From: Vicinamibacteria bacterium
GTDB taxonomy: Bacteria; Acidobacteriota; Vicinamibacteria; Marinacidobacterales; Marinacidobacteraceae
Assembly: GCA_965199715.1 (NCBI GenBank)
Contig: OZ241322.1
Coordinates: 1,856,001-1,920,000, forward strand
Length of the DNA: 64,000 nt
Direction: 5' to 3'
A program made the translations under genes and the position numbers. The notes under the pieces are model-generated. The model saw only the letters and a list, made by a program, of their open reading frames with translations, made no database searches and had not been told where the DNA came from. Below are positions 27,416 to 36,668 of the stretch, piece after piece. How positions within the stretch are numbered: the stretch's first letter is position 1; every line of letters starts with the position of its first letter.

Positions 27416-29596
27416 TCAGCCGGGCACCAGGTACCACGTGGCCTTCATCAGCAACTGGCGGCGGACGTCCACGTCGCTGCCCAATCCGTACGGGCGCCGG
27501 TCGTTGTACACGAGGAAGAAGTCGCTGCCGGGCCGCCACGTCCAGCGGAGCTGCAGGTTCCCCGAGAACGCGCCCTCGTCGTCGTTCCACTGGAGCAGCC
27601 CCCGGATGAAGGCGTCGGGCGAGAGCGCGAGCATGCCCCGGAGGATCACCAGGTTCGTGGTGAAGTCGCCGCCGGGCTGGGGAAGCCGGATGTCGCTTCG
27701 CGAATAGCTCAGCCCGAAGCGGACGCGGGGATGCGGGCGGATCGCGAATCCGGGCGCGATCACCCGGAGCGTGCCGTCGAAGAAGCCGTTGCGGAGCGCG
27801 AACAGGTTGACGGAGAGCCGGCGGCTCTGCGACGACTCGGCCATCATGAAGTACGACGGGTTTTCGTACGTTCCCTCCTCGATCACCACGCCGTCGCGCA
27901 GCTCGAACGACTCGGAGAGGCCCTCGGTCTCCCGGCCCACGTTGAAGAAGAGGCTGCCGCCGTCGTCGAACAGGATGTAGGGGCCGACCCCCGCCGACTG
28001 CGACTGGATCGCGCCGTCGGTCTCGGTGAACCGCACGACGCCCGCGCCCATGAATATCTGGCGGATCCCGAACCGGCCGGGACGCGGGGTCCACATCGCG
28101 TCCAGCTTGGTCTTGCGCACTCCGGTCCGGGGCACGAACCCCAACTGCGACTCGAATCCCTCGCCGATGTCGGTGAAGATGGCGTCCAGCCGCCAGCGGT
28201 CGGTTCCCGACATCGCCGCGACCGAATACGCGGACTCCCGGCCTTCGGCTCCGGGCGTGTCGCTGATCGCCGCGAATCCGCTGACCGTCGAGAGGTCGCT
28301 CCACGCCCACGAGAAATCCGCCGCAGCCACCCGGTGGGAGTCGCCGCCCGAGACCGTCTTGTCGAGAGCGAAGACGCCGACCGAACTGCGGGCGAGCACG
28401 TCCCGCCGCAGCCGCACGGCCGAAAAGCCCGTGGCCTCGGAGGCTCCCTCGAGCGCGTCCTGCCGGATGTGGAAGGCCCCCACGTCCGTGGCCCCGAGCT
28501 TCCCGGTGACCCGGGCGCCGCCGAGGATGGGCACGATGTCCCCGTCGTCGGAGAGGCCGATGCGCCGGCTGAAGAACAGCAACGTCTCCGGCGGCTCGAA
28601 CGGGCGGTAGGGCTCGCCGACCTGGAAAAGCCCGGCGTTTTCGAGGAAGAACTCGCGTTTCTCGGGAAAGAACAGCTCGAACCGGGTCAGGTTCACCTGC
28701 TGTTCGTCGGCCTCCACCTGCGCGAAGTCGGTGTTCACGGTGACGTCGAGGTTCAGGTTGGAGCCGAGCGCGACCTTGGCGTCGAAGGCCCCGTCGAACG
28801 AGGACGTGCGCTCGCGGTCCTCGCGGGTGAACCCGTACACCCCCGCCGGCTTCAGCTTGAAGCGTCCGCCCGGTCGGGCGGCCTCGAGGCCCTCGACCAC
28901 GCCGTACGCGGACACCCGCCAGATGGCGTTGAAGCCCCAGTCGTTGTCGATCGGCGCCCACGAGCTCAGTTCCCTCGTCCGCGCGACCTGGCGCAGGAAG
29001 TTGATTCCGAACTCGGTCGTTCCCGAAGGAAACCGCAGCGTCTCGAAGGGGATGACGATCTCGGCGACCCACCCCGTGGCGGTGCGCCGGGAGCCCACGA
29101 TCCAGACGCCGTCCCACTCCCGGGTCACGGTCGTCCCCTCGTTCTGGATGAGCCCGTCCTGGCGGGTGCCCACCGCGTTCGTGGAAAAGAAGGCGGCGCT
29201 GCGGTGGTCGTGGTACGTGTCGAGGACGACCATGAAGTTGTCGTCGGACTCGAGGTCGGCGTCGCGCCGGTACTGCCGCGCCACGATCGCCTCGGGCTCC
29301 GGGTCGTCGAGGACGACTCCGATCAGCAGCGCGTTCTCGGTGAGCGCGATGCGGACCCGCGTCGCCTGCGAGGCCGGCGCCCCCTCGTCCGGCTCGGCCT
29401 GGACGAACGTTTCCACCACCGCGGCGTTCTCCCACAGCGGTTCGTCGAGGACCCCGTCGGCGTCCGGGGTCTCGGCGACGAAGGGAGCGACGACCCGCTG
29501 CGCGTGGCCGTGCGCGTCCGGCTCCTGGGCGCCGGCCGCGGCGGCCACCGCCGCGAGCAGCGCTACTCCTCCAGCGCGAACTCGAAGACCATCCAT
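27416..29596 (-). CDS. DUF5916 / CBM9-like domain outer-membrane protein (second paralog)
   Basis: DGVLDEPLW, LDTYHD, NTDFAQVEADEQQVNLTRFELFFPEKREFFLEN, FFSRRIG, C-terminal RPGSDFFLVYND..KATW. Confidence 0.85.
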   Translation of the reverse strand: MDGLRVRAGGVALLAAVAAAAGAQEPDAHGHAQRVVAPFVAETPDADGVLDEPLWENAAVVETFVQAEPDEGAPASQATRVRIALTENALLIGVVLDDPEPEAIVARQYRRDADLESDDNFMVVLDTYHDHRSAAFFSTNAVGTRQDGLIQNEGTTVTREWDGVWIVGSRRTATGWVAEIVIPFETLRFPSGTTEFGINFLRQVARTRELSSWAPIDNDWGFNAIWRVSAYGVVEGLEAARPGGRFKLKPAGVYGFTREDRERTSSFDGAFDAKVALGSNLNLDVTVNTDFAQVEADEQQVNLTRFELFFPEKREFFLENAGLFQVGEPYRPFEPPETLLFFSRRIGLSDDGDIVPILGGARVTGKLGATDVGAFHIRQDALEGASEATGFSAVRLRRDVLARSSVGVFALDKTVSGGDSHRVAAADFSWAWSDLSTVSGFAAISDTPGAEGRESAYSVAAMSGTDRWRLDAIFTDIGEGFESQLGFVPRTGVRKTKLDAMWTPRPGRFGIRQIFMGAGVVRFTETDGAIQSQSAGVGPYILFDDGGSLFFNVGRETEGLSESFELRDGVVIEEGTYENPSYFMMAESSQSRRLSVNLFALRNGFFDGTLRVIAPGFAIRPHPRVRFGLSYSRSDIRLPQPGGDFTTNLVILRGMLALSPDAFIRGLLQWNDDEGAFSGNLQLRWTWRPGSDFFLVYNDRRPYGLGSDVDVRRQLLMKATWYLVPG

Positions 29597-30246
29597 GAGA
29601 CCGCGAGGAAGGCGACGGCGGCGAGGACGAGGAAACGGGCGGCTTCCGCCGGGGACTCGCCGAGCGAGATCGCTCGGAGCCCGGACACTCCGGCGATCAG
29701 CAGCGGCGCGGCCAGCGGGAAGAGCAGCAGCGGCAACAGCACTTCCCGCGCCGGCGTGGCCGCGGCGACCGCCGCCACCGTCACCCCGAGAGCCATGAAA
29801 CCGAGCGCGCCGCAAACCAGGAGAAACGTGAGTCCGACGTATTCGCTTACGCCGCCCGGCCCGAGAAGGTTCACTCCGAAGAGCGTCGCGTAGATGACGA
29901 CGACCGGGATCTGGACCATCACCAGCAGCGCCGTGCCCGAGGCCACCTTGCCGAGGTAGATGGCCGAGCGGTCGGAGGGAGCCAGCATCAGCCCGTGGAG
30001 CGCCATGGACTCGGTCTCCGAGGCGAAGCTGCGGTACAGCCCGAGCGTTCCGGCGAACAGCAGCGAGACCTGGAGCACGCCGGGGGCGAGCGGCTCCGCC
30101 GCCGCCGAGTCGAGGCCCACCGCGAAATGCATCACCAGAAGCACGAGCGCGGCGAACAGCAGCATCGCCGGAACCCGCTCACGGGAGCGGATTTCACCGA
30201 GCACGTCCTTGGCCGCGATCAACCCCGCGGCGCGCAGCGTGGTCAC
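29563..30246 (-). CDS. ccmB: Heme exporter permease CcmB
   Basis: KD...E.RSRE, SFASE, IYLGK, REVLLPLLLFPL. Confidence 0.9.
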   Translation of the reverse strand: MTTLRAAGLIAAKDVLGEIRSRERVPAMLLFAALVLLVMHFAVGLDSAAAEPLAPGVLQVSLLFAGTLGLYRSFASETESMALHGLMLAPSDRSAIYLGKVASGTALLVMVQIPVVVIYATLFGVNLLGPGGVSEYVGLTFLLVCGALGFMALGVTVAAVAAATPAREVLLPLLLFPLAAPLLIAGVSGLRAISLGESPAEAARFLVLAAVAFLAVSWMVFEFALEE

Positions 30247-30911
30247 GCCGTCCCCGTAGCCTCGTCGTAGGCGCGGCGGATCCGGTCGCGATCGGAGGCC
30301 GGGCGATCCAGCCGGATGCGTCCCTCATGCAGCAGCACGGCGCGGTCGGCGAGGTCGAGCCCCCGCCCAGTGTCGTGGGTCGCGAGGATCAGCGCCGCGC
30401 CCCGGCTGCGGGCCTCGGCGATCATGCGCGCGAGGCGCCCCCGGGAGGCCGCGTCGAGACCGGCGAACGGCTCGTCCAGCAGCAGGAGGTCGGGGCGGTG
30501 GAGGAGCGCCCGGGCGAGCGCGGCCCGCTGCGCGGTCCCCCGGGAGAGGAGCCGCGCCGGCGTGCGCCGCACGTGGGCGAGGCCGTGGGCCTCGAGCAGG
30601 GCGTCGAGGTCGAGCGCGACTTGGTGCAGCCGGGCGTGGAAGCGGAGGTTCTCCGCGACCGTGAGTTCGGGGTACAGCAGCGAATGGTGCGAGGCGAACC
30701 CGATGCGGGCGCGGGCCGCCCGCCGCACGACCCCGGCGCTCGGGCGGACGAGCGTCGCGGCGATCCGCAGCAGCGTCGTCTTGCCGGCGCCGTTGGGGCC
30801 GAGGAGGCACACCGCCTCGCCCGGTCCCACGCGGAAGTCCACGCCGTTCAGGACCGGCGCGCGCCGGTAGCGCTTGACCAGCCCTTCCGCCTCGAACGCG
30901 GGCGGAGTCAC
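30243..30911 (-). CDS. ccmA: Heme ABC exporter ATPase CcmA
   Basis: GPNGAGKTT, LYPELTVAENL, LSRG..QR..LARAL, LLLDEPFAGLD. Directly upstream of ccmB. Confidence 0.88.
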   Translation of the reverse strand: MTPPAFEAEGLVKRYRRAPVLNGVDFRVGPGEAVCLLGPNGAGKTTLLRIAATLVRPSAGVVRRAARARIGFASHHSLLYPELTVAENLRFHARLHQVALDLDALLEAHGLAHVRRTPARLLSRGTAQRAALARALLHRPDLLLLDEPFAGLDAASRGRLARMIAEARSRGAALILATHDTGRGLDLADRAVLLHEGRIRLDRPASDRDRIRRAYDEATGTA

Positions 30912-31954
30912 GGGCCGGAGAAGGCGCGGTGCAGCAGGCCGAAGGCGAGCGCCGCCGCCATGAGCATGCCGAGGATCCAGTGCCGCGTCGCCGCCGGGTA
31001 GGGAAGGAGCCCGACAGTCCCGACCGGGTCCCCTTCGCCCGGGTTCGCGACCGGCGGAAGCGCCGGGTTCCCGGCGGCTGGCGGCGGCGCGGAGCCTCCG
31101 CTGAGCACCATGCGCACCGGCTCGCCGGCGGCGACGTCGAACTTGCGCGAGGCGGTCAGGCCCGCGTCGGGGTCCGGACCGAGCAGCGTCCACCCGTCGG
31201 GCGCGTCGTCGGGCAGCGTGAGGAGGACGTCCTCGGGCGACGCGAGCAGCAGGACCTCGGGGCTCGCGCGCGGCGCGATGAGGCTGACCTCGTGCTGCGC
31301 GTCCGAGTAGTCCACCTCGTAGGAGAACACCAGCTCGGTCTCGCCCGGCTTGAAGCTGGTCCGGGACGCGAAGTCCTCGCCTACCGGGAACAGGCTCTGG
31401 GGGACGGGCATCCCGGTTCCGCTGGTCGCGCTCATCGACGGGTGGCCGATGCGGACCCCTTCCGGCGGAAGCCGCATCCGGAACGTCGCCTCGGGATCGC
31501 GGAACGTGCGCGGCGGATTCGACTGGTTGCTCACCACGACGATGTGATCGACGCGCAGGCTGTCGCCCCGGGGCGCCCGCCGGTAGAGCACCCTCCATGT
31601 CGTGAACGCGATGGCGTCGTCGTCCCACTCGGAGAAGGTGTCGAAGACGGTGAGCTCGACCTCGCCGGAGCCGTCCGGACCCAGCCGGATCGGCTGGTTG
31701 TAGTTCACGCCGCCGAAGCTGGCCTGGACGAGAAACGGCTGCGGCCCGCCGGCCGGGGGGCCGTCGAGGACCGCCTCGGCGCCGGGGCTCTCGACGGTGG
31801 CGATCGGCTCCATGCCCTCGCCGAGCCGGTAGAGCGTCAGCAGCTCGGCGCTCCCCGGCCCTCCGGTGGTGCCGTTGCGGAGCGTCACCCGCACCGGACC
31901 GGCGGCCGCCGCCGGCGCGACGGCGGCGAGCAGCAGTGCGGCGAGGAGCCTCAT
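30908..31954 (-). CDS. Uncharacterised periplasmic beta-rich protein with C-terminal TM anchor, in the ccm operon
   Basis: Signal MRLLAALLLAAVAPAAAA, NGTTG, FGGVNY, N.SNPPRT, C-terminal hydrophobic helix. Overlaps both neighbours. Confidence 0.75.
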   Translation of the reverse strand: MRLLAALLLAAVAPAAAAGPVRVTLRNGTTGGPGSAELLTLYRLGEGMEPIATVESPGAEAVLDGPPAGGPQPFLVQASFGGVNYNQPIRLGPDGSGEVELTVFDTFSEWDDDAIAFTTWRVLYRRAPRGDSLRVDHIVVVSNQSNPPRTFRDPEATFRMRLPPEGVRIGHPSMSATSGTGMPVPQSLFPVGEDFASRTSFKPGETELVFSYEVDYSDAQHEVSLIAPRASPEVLLLASPEDVLLTLPDDAPDGWTLLGPDPDAGLTASRKFDVAAGEPVRMVLSGGSAPPPAAGNPALPPVANPGEGDPVGTVGLLPYPAATRHWILGMLMAAALAFGLLHRAFSGP

Positions 31955-32235
31955 CGGTCCAGTTCGTCGAGGCGCGCCGTCACCCGCGCGGCCTCGGCGA
32001 GCAGCCGCGTCCGCGTCTCCTCGTGCTCGGCGCCCGCCAGCTTGCCGGCGTCGCGCTCGAAGTCGAGTTCGGCGAGTCCCATGAGCAACTGGTCGCGCTT
32101 CTCGGCGAGCCGCAGCCGCTCGCGCTCGGCCTCGGTCCGGGGCGCGGCGGTCGAGACGTCGGCGCTCGCGAACAGCGGCTGCAGCGCGAACGCCGTGGCC
32201 GCGGCGGCGAGGACGCCGAGCAGTGCCGGAACCAA
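31951..32235 (-). CDS. Small CcmI-like protein (N-terminal segment only)
   Basis: TM helix, then L.ELDFERDAGKL...E....R..L..EA. Confidence 0.65.
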   Translation of the reverse strand: MVPALLGVLAAAATAFALQPLFASADVSTAAPRTEAERERLRLAEKRDQLLMGLAELDFERDAGKLAGAEHEETRTRLLAEAARVTARLDELDR

Positions 32236-32238
32236 CCG

Positions 32239-32706
32239 TCAGTCGCCCCGGATCTCGTCCACTTCGCGTTCGATCCGGGCGAGCATCTCCGGCGACGGGG
32301 CCGGTCCGGCGGGAGCGGGCGTGGCCCGCCGCCAGCGCCCCAGAACCCGGATCGCCGCGAGTCCGCCGATCGCCAGCGCGACGAACGGGAGGATCCAGGC
32401 GGCGAGATTGAATCCGCTGGCCGGCGGCGCGGCGAGGATGCGCAGGCCGTAGCGTTCGGTGAACGCGGCGAGGATCCCCTCGGGGGACTCGCCCCCCTGG
32501 AGGCGCGCCGCGACCTCTTCGCGGATCGGCTCGGAGGACGGGCAGCGGTCCATGGCGCACTCGGAGACGCGGGCGTTGCAGCCGCCGCACTGGCAGACCA
32601 TCGCGCCGGTCACCTCGCGGTAGGCGGCCGTGTTGTAGCGCTCCTGGGACGCGGCGAGCGCCGACGAGAACGCGATGACGGCGACGAGGGCGCGGAGCTT
32701 GCTCAT
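32239..32706 (-). CDS. ccmH: Cytochrome c biogenesis protein CcmH-like
   Basis: VCQCGGC..SEC...C, IREEV..L..G.S..IL..F..RYG..IL..PP..GFN..AW. Confidence 0.82.
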   Translation of the reverse strand: MSKLRALVAVIAFSSALAASQERYNTAAYREVTGAMVCQCGGCNARVSECAMDRCPSSEPIREEVAARLQGGESPEGILAAFTERYGLRILAAPPASGFNLAAWILPFVALAIGGLAAIRVLGRWRRATPAPAGPAPSPEMLARIEREVDEIRGD

Positions 32707-34703
32707 GCGGCCTCCATGCCGGCCCCCGCCGGCGCGCGCAGCGTCCGGATCTCGCGGCGGTCCGGAAGCAGAGTGAGAAGCGTTCCGAGGAACATCACAA
32801 GCGCCCCGAGCCAGACCCAGCGCACCAGCGGGTTGCGGTACACGTGGATCGTGGCCCGGCCGTCGCCGGTCATCCCCGAGAACACGAGGTACATGTCCTC
32901 CCGGAAGGTCGCGTGCCGGCGCACTTCCGAAGTCGCCTGCCCGGTGGCCTTGTCGAGCTGGCGGCGCGGCTGGTACATCCCGACCGGCTCGCCGTGTTTC
33001 GAGAGGACGAGATTCGCGCCGAGCCAGTCGTACACCGGGGTCTCGCCGCCCGGAAGGTCGTTCAGGGCGACGGTCCAGGGGCCGACGGACGCGCTCTCGC
33101 CCGGATTCAGGTCGGCGATCACGTCCTCGTTGAAGGCGTTGCCGGCGAACCCGATGAACAGCAGCACGATCCCGAAGTGGACCACGTAGCCGCCGTAGCG
33201 GCGGTTGTTCCGCTGGACGAGGTCGGCGAGGGCGCCCGTGTAGCCGCCGCCCCGGTGGGCGCGCCGGGCGCGGACTCCCCGGTGGAACTCCATCGCGATC
33301 GTGACGGCGACGAAGGCCGAGAACGCGAAGCACAGCACCGCCTCGAGGTGGCGCATCCCGAGCAGCGGGAGCGCGACTCCGACGGCGAGCCCGGCCGCGG
33401 CGGGGGCCGCGAAGTTGCGCTTCAGGCTGTCCGCCGACGAGCGCCGCCACGCGAGCAGCGGCCCCACGCCGGTCATGAGCAGGAGCGCGATCCCGAGCGG
33501 GACGTTCACCCGGTTGAAGAAGGGAGCGCCGACGGTGATCTGCTCGCCCTGGATCGCTTCCGAGATCACCGGGAACATCGTGCCCCAGAACACCGCGAAG
33601 CAGGCGGCGAGCAGCAGCAGGTTGTTGAAGAGGAACCCGGATTCGCGGGAGACGACCGACTCCAGCTCGTTCTCGGTGCGCAGGTCCTTGACGCGGGTGA
33701 GCAGCAGCGCGGCCGAGCCGAGGGTCACGGCGACGAGGAAGCCGAGGAACAGCCACGCGAACTCGGAGGCGGCGAAGGCGTGGACCGAGGAGACGACGCC
33801 GCTGCGGGTCAGGAAGGTGCCGAAGACGCACAGCAGGTACGTCGCCATGAGCAGCCCGGCGTTCCAGATCTTGAGCATCCCCTTGCGCTCCTGGATCATC
33901 ACCGAGTGCAGGAACGCGGTTCCGGTGAGCCACGGCATGAGCGCCGCGTTCTCGACCGGGTCCCAGCCCCAGTAGCCGCCCCAGCCGAGCTCCACGTAGG
34001 CCCAGCGGCCGCCGAGCAGGATGCCGCTGCCGAGGAAGAACCACGCGACCAGCGTCCAGCGCCGCGTCGTCGTGATCCACGCGGCGTCGAGCCGGCGGGT
34101 CCACAGCGCCGCGATGAGGAAGGCGAAGGGGATGACGAACCCGACGTACCCGACGTAGAGGATCGGCGGGTGGATCGCCATGATCGGGTGCTGGAGCAGC
34201 GGGTTCAGGCCGTTGCCGTCGGCGGGCAGGAAGGGGATCGGGCCCGACGCGGTGATCTCGGCGAGCTGGCCGAACGGGTTGCTGACCCAGTAGTTCATCC
34301 CGGCGAAGAACAGGATCAGGACCGAAAGCGTGGCGATCACCTGCGGCAGCAGCACGTCGCGGCGCCGGCGGACCACGCAGGCGGCCGCGAGCGCCAGCAT
34401 CAGGAACGTCCACAGCAGGAGCGAGCCGTCGTTGCCCGCCCACAGCGCCGAGATCTTGTAGGGAATCGGCAGCGCCGCCGCCGAGTAGCTCGCGACGTAG
34501 CGGAAGCGGAAGTCGTCGGCGACGAACAGCGCGAGCAGCGAGACGATGGACAGCGCCGAGAACCCAGCGGCGCCGAGGATCCCCCGGCGGGCGCTCTCCA
34601 GCACCGCGGCGGATTGCCGCCGCGCGGCGAACAGCGCGGCGACGCCCGCGTAGGCGGTGAGAACCAGAACCGCGATCAGCGAGAAGTTGCCGAGGTGATG
34701 CAT
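32703..34703 (-). CDS. ccmF: Heme lyase CcmF
   Basis: LWAGNDGSLL, GLNPLLQ, HPP.LY.GY, WAYVELGWGGYWGWDPVENA, TAFLHS, TFLTRSG..SVHAF. Confidence 0.96.
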   Translation of the reverse strand: MHHLGNFSLIAVLVLTAYAGVAALFAARRQSAAVLESARRGILGAAGFSALSIVSLLALFVADDFRFRYVASYSAAALPIPYKISALWAGNDGSLLLWTFLMLALAAACVVRRRRDVLLPQVIATLSVLILFFAGMNYWVSNPFGQLAEITASGPIPFLPADGNGLNPLLQHPIMAIHPPILYVGYVGFVIPFAFLIAALWTRRLDAAWITTTRRWTLVAWFFLGSGILLGGRWAYVELGWGGYWGWDPVENAALMPWLTGTAFLHSVMIQERKGMLKIWNAGLLMATYLLCVFGTFLTRSGVVSSVHAFAASEFAWLFLGFLVAVTLGSAALLLTRVKDLRTENELESVVSRESGFLFNNLLLLAACFAVFWGTMFPVISEAIQGEQITVGAPFFNRVNVPLGIALLLMTGVGPLLAWRRSSADSLKRNFAAPAAAGLAVGVALPLLGMRHLEAVLCFAFSAFVAVTIAMEFHRGVRARRAHRGGGYTGALADLVQRNNRRYGGYVVHFGIVLLFIGFAGNAFNEDVIADLNPGESASVGPWTVALNDLPGGETPVYDWLGANLVLSKHGEPVGMYQPRRQLDKATGQATSEVRRHATFREDMYLVFSGMTGDGRATIHVYRNPLVRWVWLGALVMFLGTLLTLLPDRREIRTLRAPAGAGMEAA

Positions 34704-34751
34704 CGTCAGGAACCGGAACGCCGTCCGCTCATGGGGGCGACGGCGGCGCGG

Positions 34752-35186
34752 TCAGGGCGCGGCGGGCGTCGCGTCCGCGGTCGTGGTCTCCGCGTAGGCG
34801 GCTTCGTACTTGGAGGCGCACTTGGCCTGCACGTGCGAGGCCTCGAACGAACCGTCGGGGAGCAGGCTTCCCTCGGCGACGGCCTGGGCCCGATCCACCA
34901 GCGTGTCCGGCAGCGGCTCGCGCCCGGTGTAGAGCACGTCGAGGCGCGACCCCTCGTGCTCGATCTGGAACCGGACCCGGCCCTCGTTCACCGGCTCGAT
35001 CGTGCCGGGAACCACGTCGCCGGCGACCCGCAGTCGCGCTCCCTCGGCGCGCGGACCCATGGCCGCAAGCTCGCCGACGGTGCGGTAGTAGGCCTTTCCT
35101 TCCTCGAAACCGGTCAGGAGCAGCCCGGCGACCGCGACCAGAAACAGCCCGCCGCCCACGAAGAATTTCCCCTTGCGCGCCACCAT
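34752..35186 (-). CDS. ccmE: Heme chaperone CcmE, CxxxY variant
   Basis: YY.TV.EL, RVAG.V.PG, V.Y.G..PD, AEG, AKCASKY. Confidence 0.9.
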   Translation of the reverse strand: MVARKGKFFVGGGLFLVAVAGLLLTGFEEGKAYYRTVGELAAMGPRAEGARLRVAGDVVPGTIEPVNEGRVRFQIEHEGSRLDVLYTGREPLPDTLVDRAQAVAEGSLLPDGSFEASHVQAKCASKYEAAYAETTTADATPAAP

Positions 35187-35263
35187 TTCGGCTTGAGTTT
35201 ACCACCGGGGGCGGCTCCTCGGAGCCGCCGTAGAATCGGCGGACCCACCGTAGGGAGGTCGTC

Positions 35264-36457
35264 ATGCAGCCCACCCGCCGCGAGTTCATCGGCGCCGTCT
35301 CCGCCGCCGGCCTGGCGGCTTCGACCGCCTCCGCCGCCGACCCGCTCGGCGTCCGGGGCGACTTTCCCGCCGTCGAGGAGGGGATCTGGCTGAACTGCGC
35401 CTACATCGCGCCGTCGCCGACGCCCGTCGTGGAGGCGGGCCGCGCCTTCCTCGACGCGAAGTCCCGGAATCCGTTCAGTCTGGGGCGGATGGTCGAGGAA
35501 GCGGATGCGGCGCGGCGGAAGTTCGCCCGGCTGATCGGCGCCTCCGAGGCCGAGATCGCGCTCCTGTTCTCGACGAGCGACGGCGAGAACATCGTGGCGC
35601 GGTCGCTCGACCTCCGCCCCGGCGACAACGTGGTCGTGGACGATCTCCACTACCAGACCACCTACGTCCTCCACCGGCGCCTCGCCGAGACCCTCGGGAT
35701 CGAGGTCCGGGTCGTGCGTTCGCTGGACGGCGGGGTTCCGGCGGATGCGTTCGCCGACCGCATCGACGACCGGACGAAGCTCGTGTCCGTGGCTTGGGTC
35801 TCGAACCAGAACGGGTTCCGCCACGACCTCCGCGCGCTTGCGGACGTGGCCCACGACCGGGGCTCGCTGCTCTACGCCGACGCGGTCCAGGGCGTCGGGG
35901 CCGTGGATATCGACGTCAAGGAAGCGGGCGTGGATTTCCTGGCCACCGGCACCTACAAGTGGGTGCTCGCGGGCCTCGGCGTGGCTGCGTTCTATGTCCG
36001 CGAGGATCTGCTGGACCGGATCGAGCCGGACCGCTTCGGCCACCTCCACGTCGCGGAAACGCACGACGACTACCGCTACACGCTGCACGACGACGCACGG
36101 AAATTCGGGTACGCGACGCTGGCGTTCGAGTCGGTGTTCCAGTTCAGCGCGGCTCTCGACTACCTGCTGCGCGTCGGCGTGAAGCGCATCGAGAACCACT
36201 CGGTCGGGCTCGCGCATCGGCTGCACGACGGGCTGACCGGTCAGGGCCACGACGTCTGGACGCCGGCCGGCAATCGGTCGCCGATCGTCGCCTTCCGGCA
36301 TCGCCGCGACGCGGACATGGTCCGCCGCTCCCTCGACGAGGCCGGAATCACGGTCAGCTTCCGGGAGAACGAGTCGCAGCTTCGGGTCTCGCCGTCGCTG
36401 TTCAACACCGCCGCGGAGGTTGATCGGTTCCTTGAAGTGACCGGCGCCTGGGCCTAG
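35264..36457 (+). CDS. Tat-exported class V PLP aminotransferase / desulfurase-like
   Basis: TRREFIG signal, VRGDFP, LNCAY, ADAVQ, PLP lysine in GTYKW, RVSP..FNT. TAGAAT box and GGAGG upstream. Confidence 0.87.
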   Translation: MQPTRREFIGAVSAAGLAASTASAADPLGVRGDFPAVEEGIWLNCAYIAPSPTPVVEAGRAFLDAKSRNPFSLGRMVEEADAARRKFARLIGASEAEIALLFSTSDGENIVARSLDLRPGDNVVVDDLHYQTTYVLHRRLAETLGIEVRVVRSLDGGVPADAFADRIDDRTKLVSVAWVSNQNGFRHDLRALADVAHDRGSLLYADAVQGVGAVDIDVKEAGVDFLATGTYKWVLAGLGVAAFYVREDLLDRIEPDRFGHLHVAETHDDYRYTLHDDARKFGYATLAFESVFQFSAALDYLLRVGVKRIENHSVGLAHRLHDGLTGQGHDVWTPAGNRSPIVAFRHRRDADMVRRSLDEAGITVSFRENESQLRVSPSLFNTAAEVDRFLEVTGAWA

Positions 36458-36504
36458 CATCGCCGCCCGTGGGGGTCGGGGTGCGCCGGGAGTACCGGAC
36501 GACG

Positions 36505-36654
36505 CACGCCGAGGTTCTTGGGTTGAGAGAGGCCAGGATCCCTTGCGAAGTCGGAGATGTCCGCTCTCGAGAAATCCACCTGGCTCTTTCCCGGCTTGCG
36601 GCGGGCCTTGAAGATCGCCTCCAGAATGGCGGCGTAAGCGTTGGATTTGGTCAT
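36505..36654 (-). pseudogene. N-terminal stump of a probable endonuclease partner gene
   Basis: MTKSNAYAAILEAIF..F.R.DI..A...G..QPKNLG, then it degenerates. It lies just downstream of the methyltransferase. Family assignment is from memory only. Confidence 0.45.
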
Positions 36655-36668
36655 GCGACAACCCCTCG

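Noticed and set aside
360-28800. Similar DNA segments in the two DUF5916 genes
   Set aside because: The similarity is limited to conserved protein motifs of diverged paralogs. It is not a repeat element or recent duplication.
35210-35229. Hairpin GGCGGCTCC-TC-GGAGCCGCC between divergent genes (similar one near 53497-53517)
   Set aside because: GC-only short stems with no U tract and no second copy seen. No function can be supported.
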